Source: an uncultured Gemmatimonadaceae bacterium
GTDB lineage: Bacteria > Gemmatimonadota > Gemmatimonadetes > Gemmatimonadales > Gemmatimonadaceae
Assembly (NCBI GenBank): GCA_963716745.1
Contig: OY970320.1
Span: 2,656,001-2,720,000 of the forward strand
Length of the DNA stretch: 64,000 bases
Direction: 5' to 3'
Shown: one piece after another, positions 43,106-52,516 of the stretch
How the letters are laid out: every line of letters begins with the position of its first letter
Numbering within the stretch: the stretch's first letter is position 1
The notes under the pieces: model-generated
Database searches by the model: none
The model's input: only the letters and a program-made list of their open reading frames with translations
What the model was told of the DNA's origin: nothing
Position numbers and translations under genes: made by a program

Positions 43106-43723
43106 TCACAGCAGCGCCACCTGGTCCTCGTCGCGCCGCGGCACGTCGTGGCAATGCCGGCAACGCGCCTCGTAGCTCTCCTGGCCGCCCACCATGATGA
43201 TCGGCGAATCCCAACGCGCCGGCTTCCCGGCGATCAGCCGCTGGTTCCGGCTCGCGGGACCGCCGCACACGACGCAGATCGCGTGCAGCTTGTCCACCAC
43301 ATCGGCGACCGCCATGAGCTGCGGCATCGCGCCGAACGGCATTCCGCGGAAATCGGTGTCGGTGCCGGCGAGGATCACGCGGATCCCACGCTCGGCGAGC
43401 GACGTCGAGAGTTCCACCACGCCCGAATCGAGGAACTGCGCTTCGTCTATCGCGACCACGTCGGCGCCGCCGTTGAGCTGCTGCGCGATCTGCAGCGAGG
43501 AATCCACGGGTACGGCTTCCACCGTGCGCCCGTCGTGGCTCGAGATGGAGAACACGCCGAGATAGCGGTCATCGAGATGCGATTTGAACACCTGCACGCT
43601 CTTCTTCCCGATGATCGCGCGGCGCACACGGCGGATGAGCTCTTCGCTCTTGCCGCTGAACATGACGCCCGAGATGACCTCGATCCATCCGCTGCGGACG
43701 CCGTGGAAGACGGGGTCGATCAC
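43106..43723 (-). CDS. tdk: Thymidine kinase
   Basis: [25 protein letters not shown]...YEARCRHCH zinc site. Confidence 0.96.
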   Translation of the reverse strand: MIDPVFHGVRSGWIEVISGVMFSGKSEELIRRVRRAIIGKKSVQVFKSHLDDRYLGVFSISSHDGRTVEAVPVDSSLQIAQQLNGGADVVAIDEAQFLDSGVVELSTSLAERGIRVILAGTDTDFRGMPFGAMPQLMAVADVVDKLHAICVVCGGPASRNQRLIAGKPARWDSPIIMVGGQESYEARCRHCHDVPRRDEDQVALL

Positions 43724-45399
43724 CGGTCGCGCGGGCGCGAAGGACGGCCGCCGCGCGCCCCGCCGGCGCCGCGACCACCGCGCGAGCCGCCGCGATCCTC
43801 ACGCGGCGGGGGTTTCATGCCATCGCCGCGACGCGGACCGTCGCCGCCGCGCGGCGGACCGTCGCCACGCCGCGGCCGCAATCCCGACTTGCTCGCCGAA
43901 CTCGGCGGACCGGAGCGCCCCTCGTCATCGATGCGCGCCGCGAGCCGGCGCCCTTTCACGGTGACGCCAGTGATCGCCCGCGCCACCTTGCCCGCCACGT
44001 CGCTCGCGATCTCCACGAGTGCGTGCGTCTCGCGCAGGTCCACCTTGCCGATCTGCTCGCGCGAGATGCCGGCCTCGTTCGCGATCGCGCCCACTAAGTC
44101 GCTGGGCCCGATGCGGTCCTTGGTGCCGCCGTTCACGTAGAGCTTGGTGAACTCGCCCTTGGGCGAGCGGCCCGCGCGTTCACTGCGCTCGCCGCGCTCG
44201 CCGCGCTCGCCGCGATCGCCGCGTTTGGCGCCATCCATGCCGGCCGAGAAGACGGGCACGGCGATCGGCGTGACCTCGCGCGCGCGCTCGAGCAGGCGCA
44301 GCGCCGCGGCCGCGACCTCCACGCCGTCGAACTCCGCGAGCAGCGGTTCGAGTGCGAGCAGTTCGCGCGCGGGAATCCCATCCGCGAGCACGGCGCGCAG
44401 ATCCTCGCGCATGCGCTCTTCGCGGGTGAGGGCGCGCGCCGCGGGGCCGGAGAGCGTGAGCGGCGCGACGCGTCCGCCGCCCGACAGCGCGCGCAGGGCA
44501 GGGAGCTGGCGCGGCGTCGCGAGCGCGACGAGCGTGCCGCCCGCGGCGTGGAGCGCGACCGCGGTCTCGCGGTCCAGCGGCGATTCATAGAGCACGACGA
44601 GCGTCGCGCCGGGTACCGGCGTGCCGCGCGTCACCTCCACGCTGTTGTCGCCTTCGCCCACGCCGAGCGAGAGCATGATGGCGCGCACTTCGCGCTCGGC
44701 GTCATCGCTGCGCACGTAGATCGCGGCGTGTTCGGGATCGAGATCGTCGAGCAGCCGGCGGAGCGCGCTCGCGCGGGCGCGGGGCGCGACCGCAATGTAC
44801 GCGAAGTCGATCGCGAGTCCATCCACCGCCGCGACGACGCCGGTGCGGCGCGCGCGCCAGGCGTAGCGCTCGACGAGCGCTTCCACCGCCGGCGTGAGTT
44901 GCGATGTGACCACCGTGCGCGCGGCGTCCTTTGGCACTTCGGCGATCACCGCCGCGAGCGCGTCGGCGACCGCGACCGCGGCAGTCGTGCCGTCGGCCAT
45001 CGCGTCGGCCCACGCGATGATCACGTGGCGCACCGTGTCGAGCTTGAGGATCGAGCCGTGGAGCAGCGTGAGGAGCTCGAGCGGAGAACCGGCGATCACC
45101 GCCGCCGGGCGCGCGCGCAGCAATCGCGCGGCGCGGCGGCTGCCGGTGACGGGCAGTACGCGCAATGGAGCGCCGGCGCTCGTGCGCGTGGCCGCCTCGG
45201 CGATCAGCACCGCCGTCTCATCGTCCGGGGTGAGCACCAGCACCTGCGTCTCGGCGGCATCGGGCGCGATGCGGGCGAGCACGGGATCGAGGAATTGCGC
45301 CACGGCCGCCGCGTCCTGCGGCAGCACGTACAGCACGTTCTGCCCGCGGGCGACGCCCGCGCGCTCCGATCCCGATTCGTCCGCTCGCTCCAAGTCCAC
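43720..45399 (-). CDS. Degenerate DEAD-box helicase-like protein with C-terminal DbpA/CsdA RNA-binding domain
   Basis: GGAGG RBS before GTG 45399; QVLVLTP (motif Ia-like), IAGSP (Ib-like), IIAWADAM where DEAD is expected; [37 protein letters not shown] domain; RG-rich tail. Confidence 0.75.
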   Translation of the reverse strand: MDLERADESGSERAGVARGQNVLYVLPQDAAAVAQFLDPVLARIAPDAAETQVLVLTPDDETAVLIAEAATRTSAGAPLRVLPVTGSRRAARLLRARPAAVIAGSPLELLTLLHGSILKLDTVRHVIIAWADAMADGTTAAVAVADALAAVIAEVPKDAARTVVTSQLTPAVEALVERYAWRARRTGVVAAVDGLAIDFAYIAVAPRARASALRRLLDDLDPEHAAIYVRSDDAEREVRAIMLSLGVGEGDNSVEVTRGTPVPGATLVVLYESPLDRETAVALHAAGGTLVALATPRQLPALRALSGGGRVAPLTLSGPAARALTREERMREDLRAVLADGIPARELLALEPLLAEFDGVEVAAAALRLLERAREVTPIAVPVFSAGMDGAKRGDRGERGERGERSERAGRSPKGEFTKLYVNGGTKDRIGPSDLVGAIANEAGISREQIGKVDLRETHALVEIASDVAGKVARAITGVTVKGRRLAARIDDEGRSGPPSSASKSGLRPRRGDGPPRGGDGPRRGDGMKPPPREDRGGSRGGRGAGGARGGRPSRPRDR

Positions 45400-45492
45400 C
45401 TGATGCCTCCGGATTTTCAATGGCGCCGCTCGCTGCGCGAGAGTAAAGTATAGCGACGTGACCCCGCCCACTCCAGCCACGACTTCGCGCGC

Positions 45493-46704
45493 GTGACCGA
45501 AAAATCCGCCGGCGCCTTCCATCCGTCGGCCAACATCGCGTTCCTCAAGGAGTCGGCGACGATCGCCGTCTCCGCACGCGCCAAAGCATTGAAAGCGGCC
45601 GGCCGCCACGTGATCGACCTCGGCGCCGGTGAGCCGGACTTCGATACGCCGTCGTTCATCAGCGCGGCCGCGGCGCGCGCGGTGGAGAACGGCGCGACGC
45701 ACTACACCGCCACCGAAGGGATCCTGCCGCTGCGCGAAGCGATCGCGGCTGACGCGCGCGAACGGTACCACGGCGCGGTGCCGGTGGACGCGAAGGACAT
45801 CGTCGTCTCGAACGGTTCGAAGCAGTCGCTGTTCAATATCTGCTTCGCGCTCTTCGGCGCCGGCGACGAGGTGCTGATCCCCACGCCGAGCTGGACGAGC
45901 TACTTCGAGATGGTGGCGCTGGCGCGCGCGACGGCGGTGCCGGTGCCCGGCGATGCGAAGCGGAGTCTCACCGTGACGGCCGAACTGCTCGAGCGCGCCG
46001 CCACGCCGCGCACGCGCGGCGTGATGCTGAACTCGCCGAGCAATCCGAGCGGCGCGGTGTATTCGGCGGATGCGCTGCGCGACATCCTAGCGCTCGCGGA
46101 GCGGCGCGACTGGTGGGTGATCAGCGATGAGATCTACCGCCGCATCAGTTACGACGGGCCGGCGGCGAGCCTGCTCGATCTCGCGACGCGGCGGGAGCGG
46201 CTCGTGATCGTGGATGGCGTGGCCAAGGCGTACGCGATGACGGGCTGGCGCATCGGCTGGGCGATCGCGCCGCGCACGCTCGCCGCGGCAATGACGGGGT
46301 TCCAGTCGCACACGACATCGAACGCGAGCGCGGCATCGCAGCACGCGGCGCTTGCGGCGTTGAGCGATCGCACGCAGGCGGAGCCGGCGATCGCCGCCAT
46401 GGTAGCGGAGTTCCGCGAGCGCCGCGATGCGATCGTTTCGGAACTCAAGAGCGAGCCGCGCCTCGAGTACGTGCCGATGGCGGGCGCGTTCTATCTGTTC
46501 GCGCGCATCGCGCCCGAGGGCGCGCCAGGCGATCCGGGCGCCGAGTTCGCGCAGGCGATGCTCGAGAAACACGATGTCGCCATCGTTCCGGGCAGCGCAT
46601 TCGGCACGCCATCGTGGGTGCGCCTTTCTTACGCCGCGCCGCGCGAACAGGTGCTCACCGGCGTGCGGAAGCTGATCGAGCTGTATCGCGAGCGCACGGG
46701 GTGA
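45493..46704 (+). CDS. PLP-dependent aminotransferase class I/II (aspartate aminotransferase-like)
   Basis: GAGEPDFDTP, NSPSNPSG, SDEIY, AKAYAMTGWRIG. Confidence 0.93.
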   Translation: MTEKSAGAFHPSANIAFLKESATIAVSARAKALKAAGRHVIDLGAGEPDFDTPSFISAAAARAVENGATHYTATEGILPLREAIAADARERYHGAVPVDAKDIVVSNGSKQSLFNICFALFGAGDEVLIPTPSWTSYFEMVALARATAVPVPGDAKRSLTVTAELLERAATPRTRGVMLNSPSNPSGAVYSADALRDILALAERRDWWVISDEIYRRISYDGPAASLLDLATRRERLVIVDGVAKAYAMTGWRIGWAIAPRTLAAAMTGFQSHTTSNASAASQHAALAALSDRTQAEPAIAAMVAEFRERRDAIVSELKSEPRLEYVPMAGAFYLFARIAPEGAPGDPGAEFAQAMLEKHDVAIVPGSAFGTPSWVRLSYAAPREQVLTGVRKLIELYRERTG

Positions 46705-46780
46705 ACGCGGGCGGGCGCGATCGGCTGGCGTCATGAGCGGCGTGACGTATCTTGGGGCGCACTGGTGCGGGGAGGATCTC

Positions 46781-47284
46781 GTGCAGATCGCACTGCAGGT
46801 CGAGCCGGCGCGGGGAATGCCGGTGGCGGTCGAATACCGGTGGGATGCCGACACCGCGATCCTCGTCGCGCACCTGGAGGACATCGAGGCGGGCAACGGC
46901 ATGTCGGGCTCGGTGGAACTCTCCGGCAACGATGGCTCGTGGCTCGTGCTCGACGTGAAGAACGGACAGGTGCGCGGCGTGGAGGTCGCGGTCTGGCCGG
47001 ATGTGCGGAAGCACGCGGGACTGAAGGCGCCCGCGGAGGTGGAGGCCGCGAAAGTCACCGTGCCCAACCGCAAGTCGGAGCCGGGCGTCGCGGTGCTGCA
47101 AATGGACACGTCGCTCGTGGCAGAATCGAATCCGGCGCAGAGCATCGTCCATTTCCGGCTCGGCGGGCGTCGCGCCGCGCGCACGCTGCGCATCGCGCGC
47201 GATGTGCTCGTTGAGATCGACGATCATGATGTGCTCTCTGGCGTTTGGCTCCTGAACGTGCCCCCATTCCCGGCGGAAGAGTGA
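46781..47284 (+). CDS. Hypothetical protein
   Basis: GGAGG RBS before GTG 46781; codon usage typical; GTGA overlap with the next gene. Confidence 0.7.
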   Translation: MQIALQVEPARGMPVAVEYRWDADTAILVAHLEDIEAGNGMSGSVELSGNDGSWLVLDVKNGQVRGVEVAVWPDVRKHAGLKAPAEVEAAKVTVPNRKSEPGVAVLQMDTSLVAESNPAQSIVHFRLGGRRAARTLRIARDVLVEIDDHDVLSGVWLLNVPPFPAEE

Positions 47285-47559
47285 TCACCACCATCGTGCT
47301 CATCAAATGCGATCCCAAGCGGATCCCGCAAGCGGCGCTCAAACTCGCCGGCGTGGACGGCGTGTCGGAGGTCTATTCGGTATCGGGGGAGTGGGATCTG
47401 GTCGCGATCGTGCGAGTGGCCGAGTACGACCAGATTGCGAAGGTGGTCACCGAGGAATTCGCGGCGGTGCCAGGGCTCGAACGAACGCAGACGCTCACGG
47501 CATTCCGGGCGTACTCACGCAAGGATCTTGAGCAGGCGTGGGACATTGGCTCCGAATAA
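47281..47559 (+). CDS. Lrp/AsnC ligand-binding domain protein (no HTH)
   Basis: GVSEVYSVSGEWDLVAIVRV, TQTLTAFRAYS. Confidence 0.88.
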   Translation: MITTIVLIKCDPKRIPQAALKLAGVDGVSEVYSVSGEWDLVAIVRVAEYDQIAKVVTEEFAAVPGLERTQTLTAFRAYSRKDLEQAWDIGSE

Positions 47560-47640
47560 CGGCAGGGGCGGGAGTCGTGCGTCGTGCGTGAGGGCGGAGG
47601 GGCGGCGGCGGGGGTAACGCATCGTGCGTGAGATGCCGCG

Positions 47641-49193
47641 CTACGCGATTTCCGGTGCCAGTTGAAAACTCAGCCGGAATCTCTCGACGAAGGTCCTGAG
47701 TTTGCTGACGCTTTGTTCGGATGAAGCTAGTGCGACGTGGCCGTCGGGCCGGACAAGATAAAGAGCATCCCGCTTGAGTCCGGCATCTTTCGTGCCGTCG
47801 CTCCACGCGAAGGAATGCAACGGCAGGTGAAGCTCGCGACAGGCGGTTTCGAGAGCTTCTGTCGCTATCGCCGTACACATGTGCTTGCCAATCCAAGGAA
47901 CGCAAAGGCTCGAAATTATCGTGTGCCGTGTCTCCGGTCCAAGGAAGACGGTCGCCGCCGTGGACATCACCGGCGACGCCTTGGCTGAGCGGACTGTCTG
48001 GATAGTGAATGCGCATTTGAGAAATCGTGCGGAAGATCGCATGGCGGCCCAGACTGAAGCGGGTGACGACACCGAACACGAGAGGCGCGACAATCTTTCT
48101 CGTAAACTCGCCCGACTGCTCCTTCCCCGACTAAGCCCGTAAAGGCGCGATCCGTGGTGGATACAAGTGAACGCGCAAAGCCGATCCGCTCGGGCTCGTA
48201 GGTGTCGAGAAGCGATGTGTCGGCGCGGTTCTGCAGCACGTGCGCTATTTTCCAGCCGAGATTGACGGCATCGCCGATTCCGGTGTTCATGCCCTGACCG
48301 CCTGCAGGACTATGGATGTGGCCTGCATCGCCCACAAGGAAAGCGCGCCCCACCCGGAATTTGTCGGCAACGCGATGGTGGACGCGATAGGTAGAGAACC
48401 AATTTACTTCGCGTCACTTTGATATCAAGAAGCGGCTCGACCTGCGCGCGGATGTCTTCAAAGCCGAGTTTTTCGCGATGTGACAGTTCGGGCGGTACGA
48501 GGCCGATCAAGCGCTGCATTCCACTCGACCGCACCGGGAACATCAACGTGAGGATGTGTTCGCCGAGGTTGATGTACAGATCCCGGGAGAAGCCGCGCGC
48601 GATCTTCACGTCCGCGACATAGAAGAGTTGCTCATAGGTGCCGCCCGGAAAACCGAGCTGGAGAGTTTCCCGCACACAGCTACGCGCGCCATCACAGCCG
48701 CAGATGTATGCGCTTTCCGCCTGCTCAATCCCGGCCGGCATTGTGCTCGATGGTGGCTCGAACGCCGTTTTCGCTCTCGCTAAAGCCGGTTAGCTTCGCG
48801 CCCCACTCGACTTGACAACCCGCATCCTTGAGCTTCTCGATCAGGAACCGTTCGTGATCGTCCTGCGGATAAGCGAGTGCGAATGGATACGGGCTGAGAC
48901 CAGCGCCCATTTCCTTGAAACTGATGGAGAGAACTTCTCGACTACCGACCGGAACCACCCTCGCGCACATGGGCCGTTTCGGCGACCACACCTTGTTCGA
49001 TGACTTCCCGCGCAAAGCCATATTGGCCGTAGAATTCGAGTGTGCGCGCCTGCACCACCATGGCGCGCGATTCCTCGCCCGGGCCGTCGGCTTCAGAAAT
49101 GATGCGGCATTGCACATTCCGGCGGGTCAGAGCCAACGCCAAATTTAGTCCGCTGGGACCAGCGCCAACGATGAGAACGGGGACCTTCTGCAT
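47641..49193 (-). CDS. FAD-dependent aromatic monooxygenase (FAD_binding_3 family; multiple frameshifts)
   Basis: VLIVGAGPSGL, QARTLE, CGCDGARSCVR, GDAGHIHSPAGGQGMNTGIGDAVNLGWK, GDRLPW, YLVRPDGHV. Confidence 0.88.
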
Positions 49194-49210
49194 GGTCCTG
49201 GAGCGAGCAG

Positions 49211-50236
49211 CTAGTGCCCCGCGCTCCCCGTGGACACCGGTTTCACCGGCGCGCCATCCACCGTCGGCCGCTCGTCGAGGCACCAATTCGAGCGCGCCCG
49301 GTACACCTCGCTCCACTTGCCGTTCTTCCAGCCGAGCACCGTGAGGAAGGTGTCGCCGCCGTAGGTCCATCCCTCGAGGATGATCTCGTCCACGCCGTCG
49401 CCGGTGAGGTCGAGATGGTCGAAGTAACGGCGGAAGGCGGCCGTCACGAGGGGGCCGTTGATCCGGTGCGCGAACGTCGCGTGCCACGCTCCCGCGGAAT
49501 CCTTGTCGGCCACGAGCAGGATGTGCGTGGTCTTCGCGCCCGTGGATGACGAACGTTCGGCCGAGGGATCGATGAACGACGCGACGATCGTATTCGATTT
49601 CGTCGCGCCCGAGGGGAAGCTCACCGCGTGGAAGTCGAGCGAGTCGAGCACGGCCGGCTTGATGCCCGCGGCCAGCGCCACCTCGGCGGCCACGCCACGC
49701 GCGATCTTCACGATCTCGGCGGGCGCCATCGGTTGCGGCGTACGCGAAACGCCAAGTGTGCCGTTCGACGCGAGCATTTCCAGCGTGAAGTCATTGCGCA
49801 CGCGCAGCGCGTTGGCGTGCACCGCGGCCAGCGGCGTGAGCGTGTGGCAGCCGGGCAGCGTGTAGAGCGGGTTCCCCGGGCGCTCCCACATGCCCTGCCG
49901 CACTTCGGCGTTCCCGCTCGAGTGGCCGTCCTGATAGATGGTGTAACTCTTCCCGTGACGCAGATACTGCGCGTCGAACTTCTGCCAATTCTCGGCGGTG
50001 AGTTGGATCGGTTTGAGCTTTCCACCGGAGATCGTCGCCACCGGCACCATGCGCGCGTCGCCCGTCTCACCGAAGATCTGGAAGAGGATCACCGGGTGCG
50101 ATGCGAGGTTCAGCTCCTCACCGGGCGGGATGCGCGGTGGCCCCGCAGCCTTGCCGGCTTGCAGGAACGCGTTTGCTTTGTCACATCCGGTGGCGACCAC
50201 TAGAATGGTCGCGAGCAGAGCGAGTCGTGATCTCAC
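49211..50236 (-). CDS. Hypothetical lipoprotein
   Basis: Lipobox VATGC; C-terminal DLTGDGVDEIIL (FG-GAP/Ca-binding-like loop). Confidence 0.7.
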   Translation of the reverse strand: MRSRLALLATILVVATGCDKANAFLQAGKAAGPPRIPPGEELNLASHPVILFQIFGETGDARMVPVATISGGKLKPIQLTAENWQKFDAQYLRHGKSYTIYQDGHSSGNAEVRQGMWERPGNPLYTLPGCHTLTPLAAVHANALRVRNDFTLEMLASNGTLGVSRTPQPMAPAEIVKIARGVAAEVALAAGIKPAVLDSLDFHAVSFPSGATKSNTIVASFIDPSAERSSSTGAKTTHILLVADKDSAGAWHATFAHRINGPLVTAAFRRYFDHLDLTGDGVDEIILEGWTYGGDTFLTVLGWKNGKWSEVYRARSNWCLDERPTVDGAPVKPVSTGSAGH

Positions 50237-50369
50237 GAGTGGCGCGTGTCCTTTCGACGGAGCGGGCAACGGATCCGTGATCGCAGAAACCAGCACACCA
50301 AACGACTCCATGGGCGGGGCGCCCAAAGAGCCGCATCTCATAGACGCGGAAGGGGTTGAGTATGCAACG

Positions 50370-51254
50370 ATGAGGCCCCTCCCGGTACCCGGCAGGCGGA
50401 TTATCGGGGTCGCGGCCGCGGCCCTCGTGGCGGCGCTCGCGGCGGGCGCCCTTCACGCGCAGGCGCCCGTGCCCCTGCGCATCCACCCGCGCGTGGGCGA
50501 CACGCTGCACACCCGGTTCGAGCAGGACGTGGAGATGACCGCCGCCACGAAAGTGCGGGGCAAGGACACCACGCTCACGAACCGCACGAGTACGCTCGTG
50601 ATCGCGCGGCTCATCGTGCTCCGCCTCGAGGGCGATGGCGCGCTGCTGGAAGCGATCACGGATTCGGTGGCGGTTCTGACGGTCGGCGAGCAGGCGATCA
50701 CGCCGAGCGAGGGCGCGCGGCGCGCGATGCAGAAGCGGCGCATCCAGCTGCATGTGCATGCCGACGGCGCGGTGCGAGTGGAGGCGCCTTCCGACCTCGA
50801 CCGCGACCTCGGCTCGCTCGTCGGCACCATGCCGGCCACGCTACCGGCGGCGCCGATGAGCGTGGGCGGAAAATGGGAGAACGCGGTGGCCGTCCCGGTG
50901 GGCGGTGAGAGTGGCGACGGAAAAGGCGCGCGGCTCCGGGCGGAGTACACGTTCGACTCGACGGCCACGGCGCCCGTACGAGACTTCATCAGCGTGCGCG
51001 GCGTGATCGCGCGCGATTCGTCGGGCGGCGCGCTGAAGGACGGCACGCGCATGACGTCGGCGGGCGCGATGACGGGCACCGTGATCCTCGACCGCGCGCG
51101 CGGATGGTGGAACGACTCCAAGATCGTGATCACGATCAATTCCGTGATCACGCCGGCGATGGCGACGGGCGGGCCGCCGGTGCAGGTGCGCACGCGGATC
51201 ACCGAGCGGATCCGCACCGACGAGCCGCACCCTGGGGCGGCGCCGAAGGGCTGA
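50370..51254 (+). CDS. Hypothetical exported beta-rich protein
   Basis: Signal peptide ending ALHA-Q; PRVGDTL, LPAAPMSVGGKW. Confidence 0.7.
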   Translation: MRPLPVPGRRIIGVAAAALVAALAAGALHAQAPVPLRIHPRVGDTLHTRFEQDVEMTAATKVRGKDTTLTNRTSTLVIARLIVLRLEGDGALLEAITDSVAVLTVGEQAITPSEGARRAMQKRRIQLHVHADGAVRVEAPSDLDRDLGSLVGTMPATLPAAPMSVGGKWENAVAVPVGGESGDGKGARLRAEYTFDSTATAPVRDFISVRGVIARDSSGGALKDGTRMTSAGAMTGTVILDRARGWWNDSKIVITINSVITPAMATGGPPVQVRTRITERIRTDEPHPGAAPKG

Positions 51255-51312
51255 TCGGGGCGGAGAGGGTGGTTTCTGGCGCCACAGTCGCGCCACCGTC
51301 TACATTTACGGT

Positions 51313-52516
51313 GTGCGGCTCGTACACCTCGCTGACCTCCATCTCGGCTTCCGCCAGTACCACCGGCTGACGCCCATCGGGATGAACCAGCGCGAAGCGG
51401 ACGTCGCGGAGGCGTTCCGCCGCGCGGTCGATCGCGTGATAGCGCTGCGCCCGGACATCGTGGTCATCGCCGGCGACGTGTTCCACACCGTGCGGCCGAT
51501 GAACCCCGCGATCATCCACGCCTTCCAGCAATTCTCGCGGCTCAGAGCGGCGCTGCCCGACGCGATCATGGTGATGGTCGCGGGCAATCACGACCGCCCG
51601 CGCAGTGCGGAGACGGGCTGCATTCTGCGCCTGTTCACGCCGCTCGGTTTCCACGTGGCCGACGAGACGGTGCAGCGCTTCTCCTTCCCGGAGCGCGGGC
51701 TATCCATTCTCGCGGTGCCCGATCTCACCGGGGCGCTGCCCGAGCTCGCGCCGGAGCCGGGGATCAAGCACAACGTGCTCGTGCTGCACGGCGAAGTGGA
51801 GGGGATGCTCCCCGAGCACATGGCGCGCGTGGATCGCGCGGTGATGGAGATCCCGCAAGCCGCGATCGGACCTGCGCGGTGGAGCTACGTGGCGCTCGGC
51901 CACTATCACGTGCAGCGCGAGATCGCGCCGAACTGCTACTACTCGGGCTCGCTCGAGTACACGAGCGCGAATCCGTGGGGCGAGCTCGTGGAGGAGCGCG
52001 AGGCCGATCTCGCGGGCAAGAGTTTCATCGAGTACGACCTGGACGCCCGCGCGCCGCGCTTCCACAAGCTCGATGCCAGCCGTCCGCTGGTGAATCTGCT
52101 CGCGGTGTCGGCGCGCGGGATGTCGGCGTCGGAACTCGATGCGGCGATAAAGGAGCGTGTCGAGACCACGCCGCGGCGGCATCGACGACAAGATCGTGCG
52201 GCTCGTCGTGCGCGATGTGCCGCGCCACGTGGTGCGCGAGCTCGACCAGAAGGCGCTGCGCGACTACAAGCGGCGGGCGCTGCATTTCCATCTCGACACG
52301 CGGCGCCCCGAGATCGCGCGCGTCGCGAGTAACGGCGCGCCGGGCCGCCGGGCGACGCTGCCGGAGACGGTGGAGCACTATCTCGCGAAGCGGCCGATGG
52401 AATCGGGGATCGATCGCGCGGCGTTCGTTGCTCTCGGGCTTCGCTACCTGCAGGAGGCGGACGAGGCGATCCAGGCGTCGGGCGCGCTGCCCGGCGCGGA
52501 GGGCGCGAGCGCATGA
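51313..52516 (+). CDS. sbcD: SbcD/Mre11 nuclease (frameshift near 52170)
   Basis: HLADLHLG, IAGDVFH, AGNHD, ALGHYH, YSGSLE; adjacent to sbcC. Confidence 0.9.

Noticed and set aside
43106..43723. CRHCH in the 43106 gene as a heme-binding motif
   Set aside because: It is the zinc site of a cytoplasmic thymidine kinase.
44180..44222. 9-nt tandem repeat
   Set aside because: Simply encodes the GERGERGER low-complexity linker.
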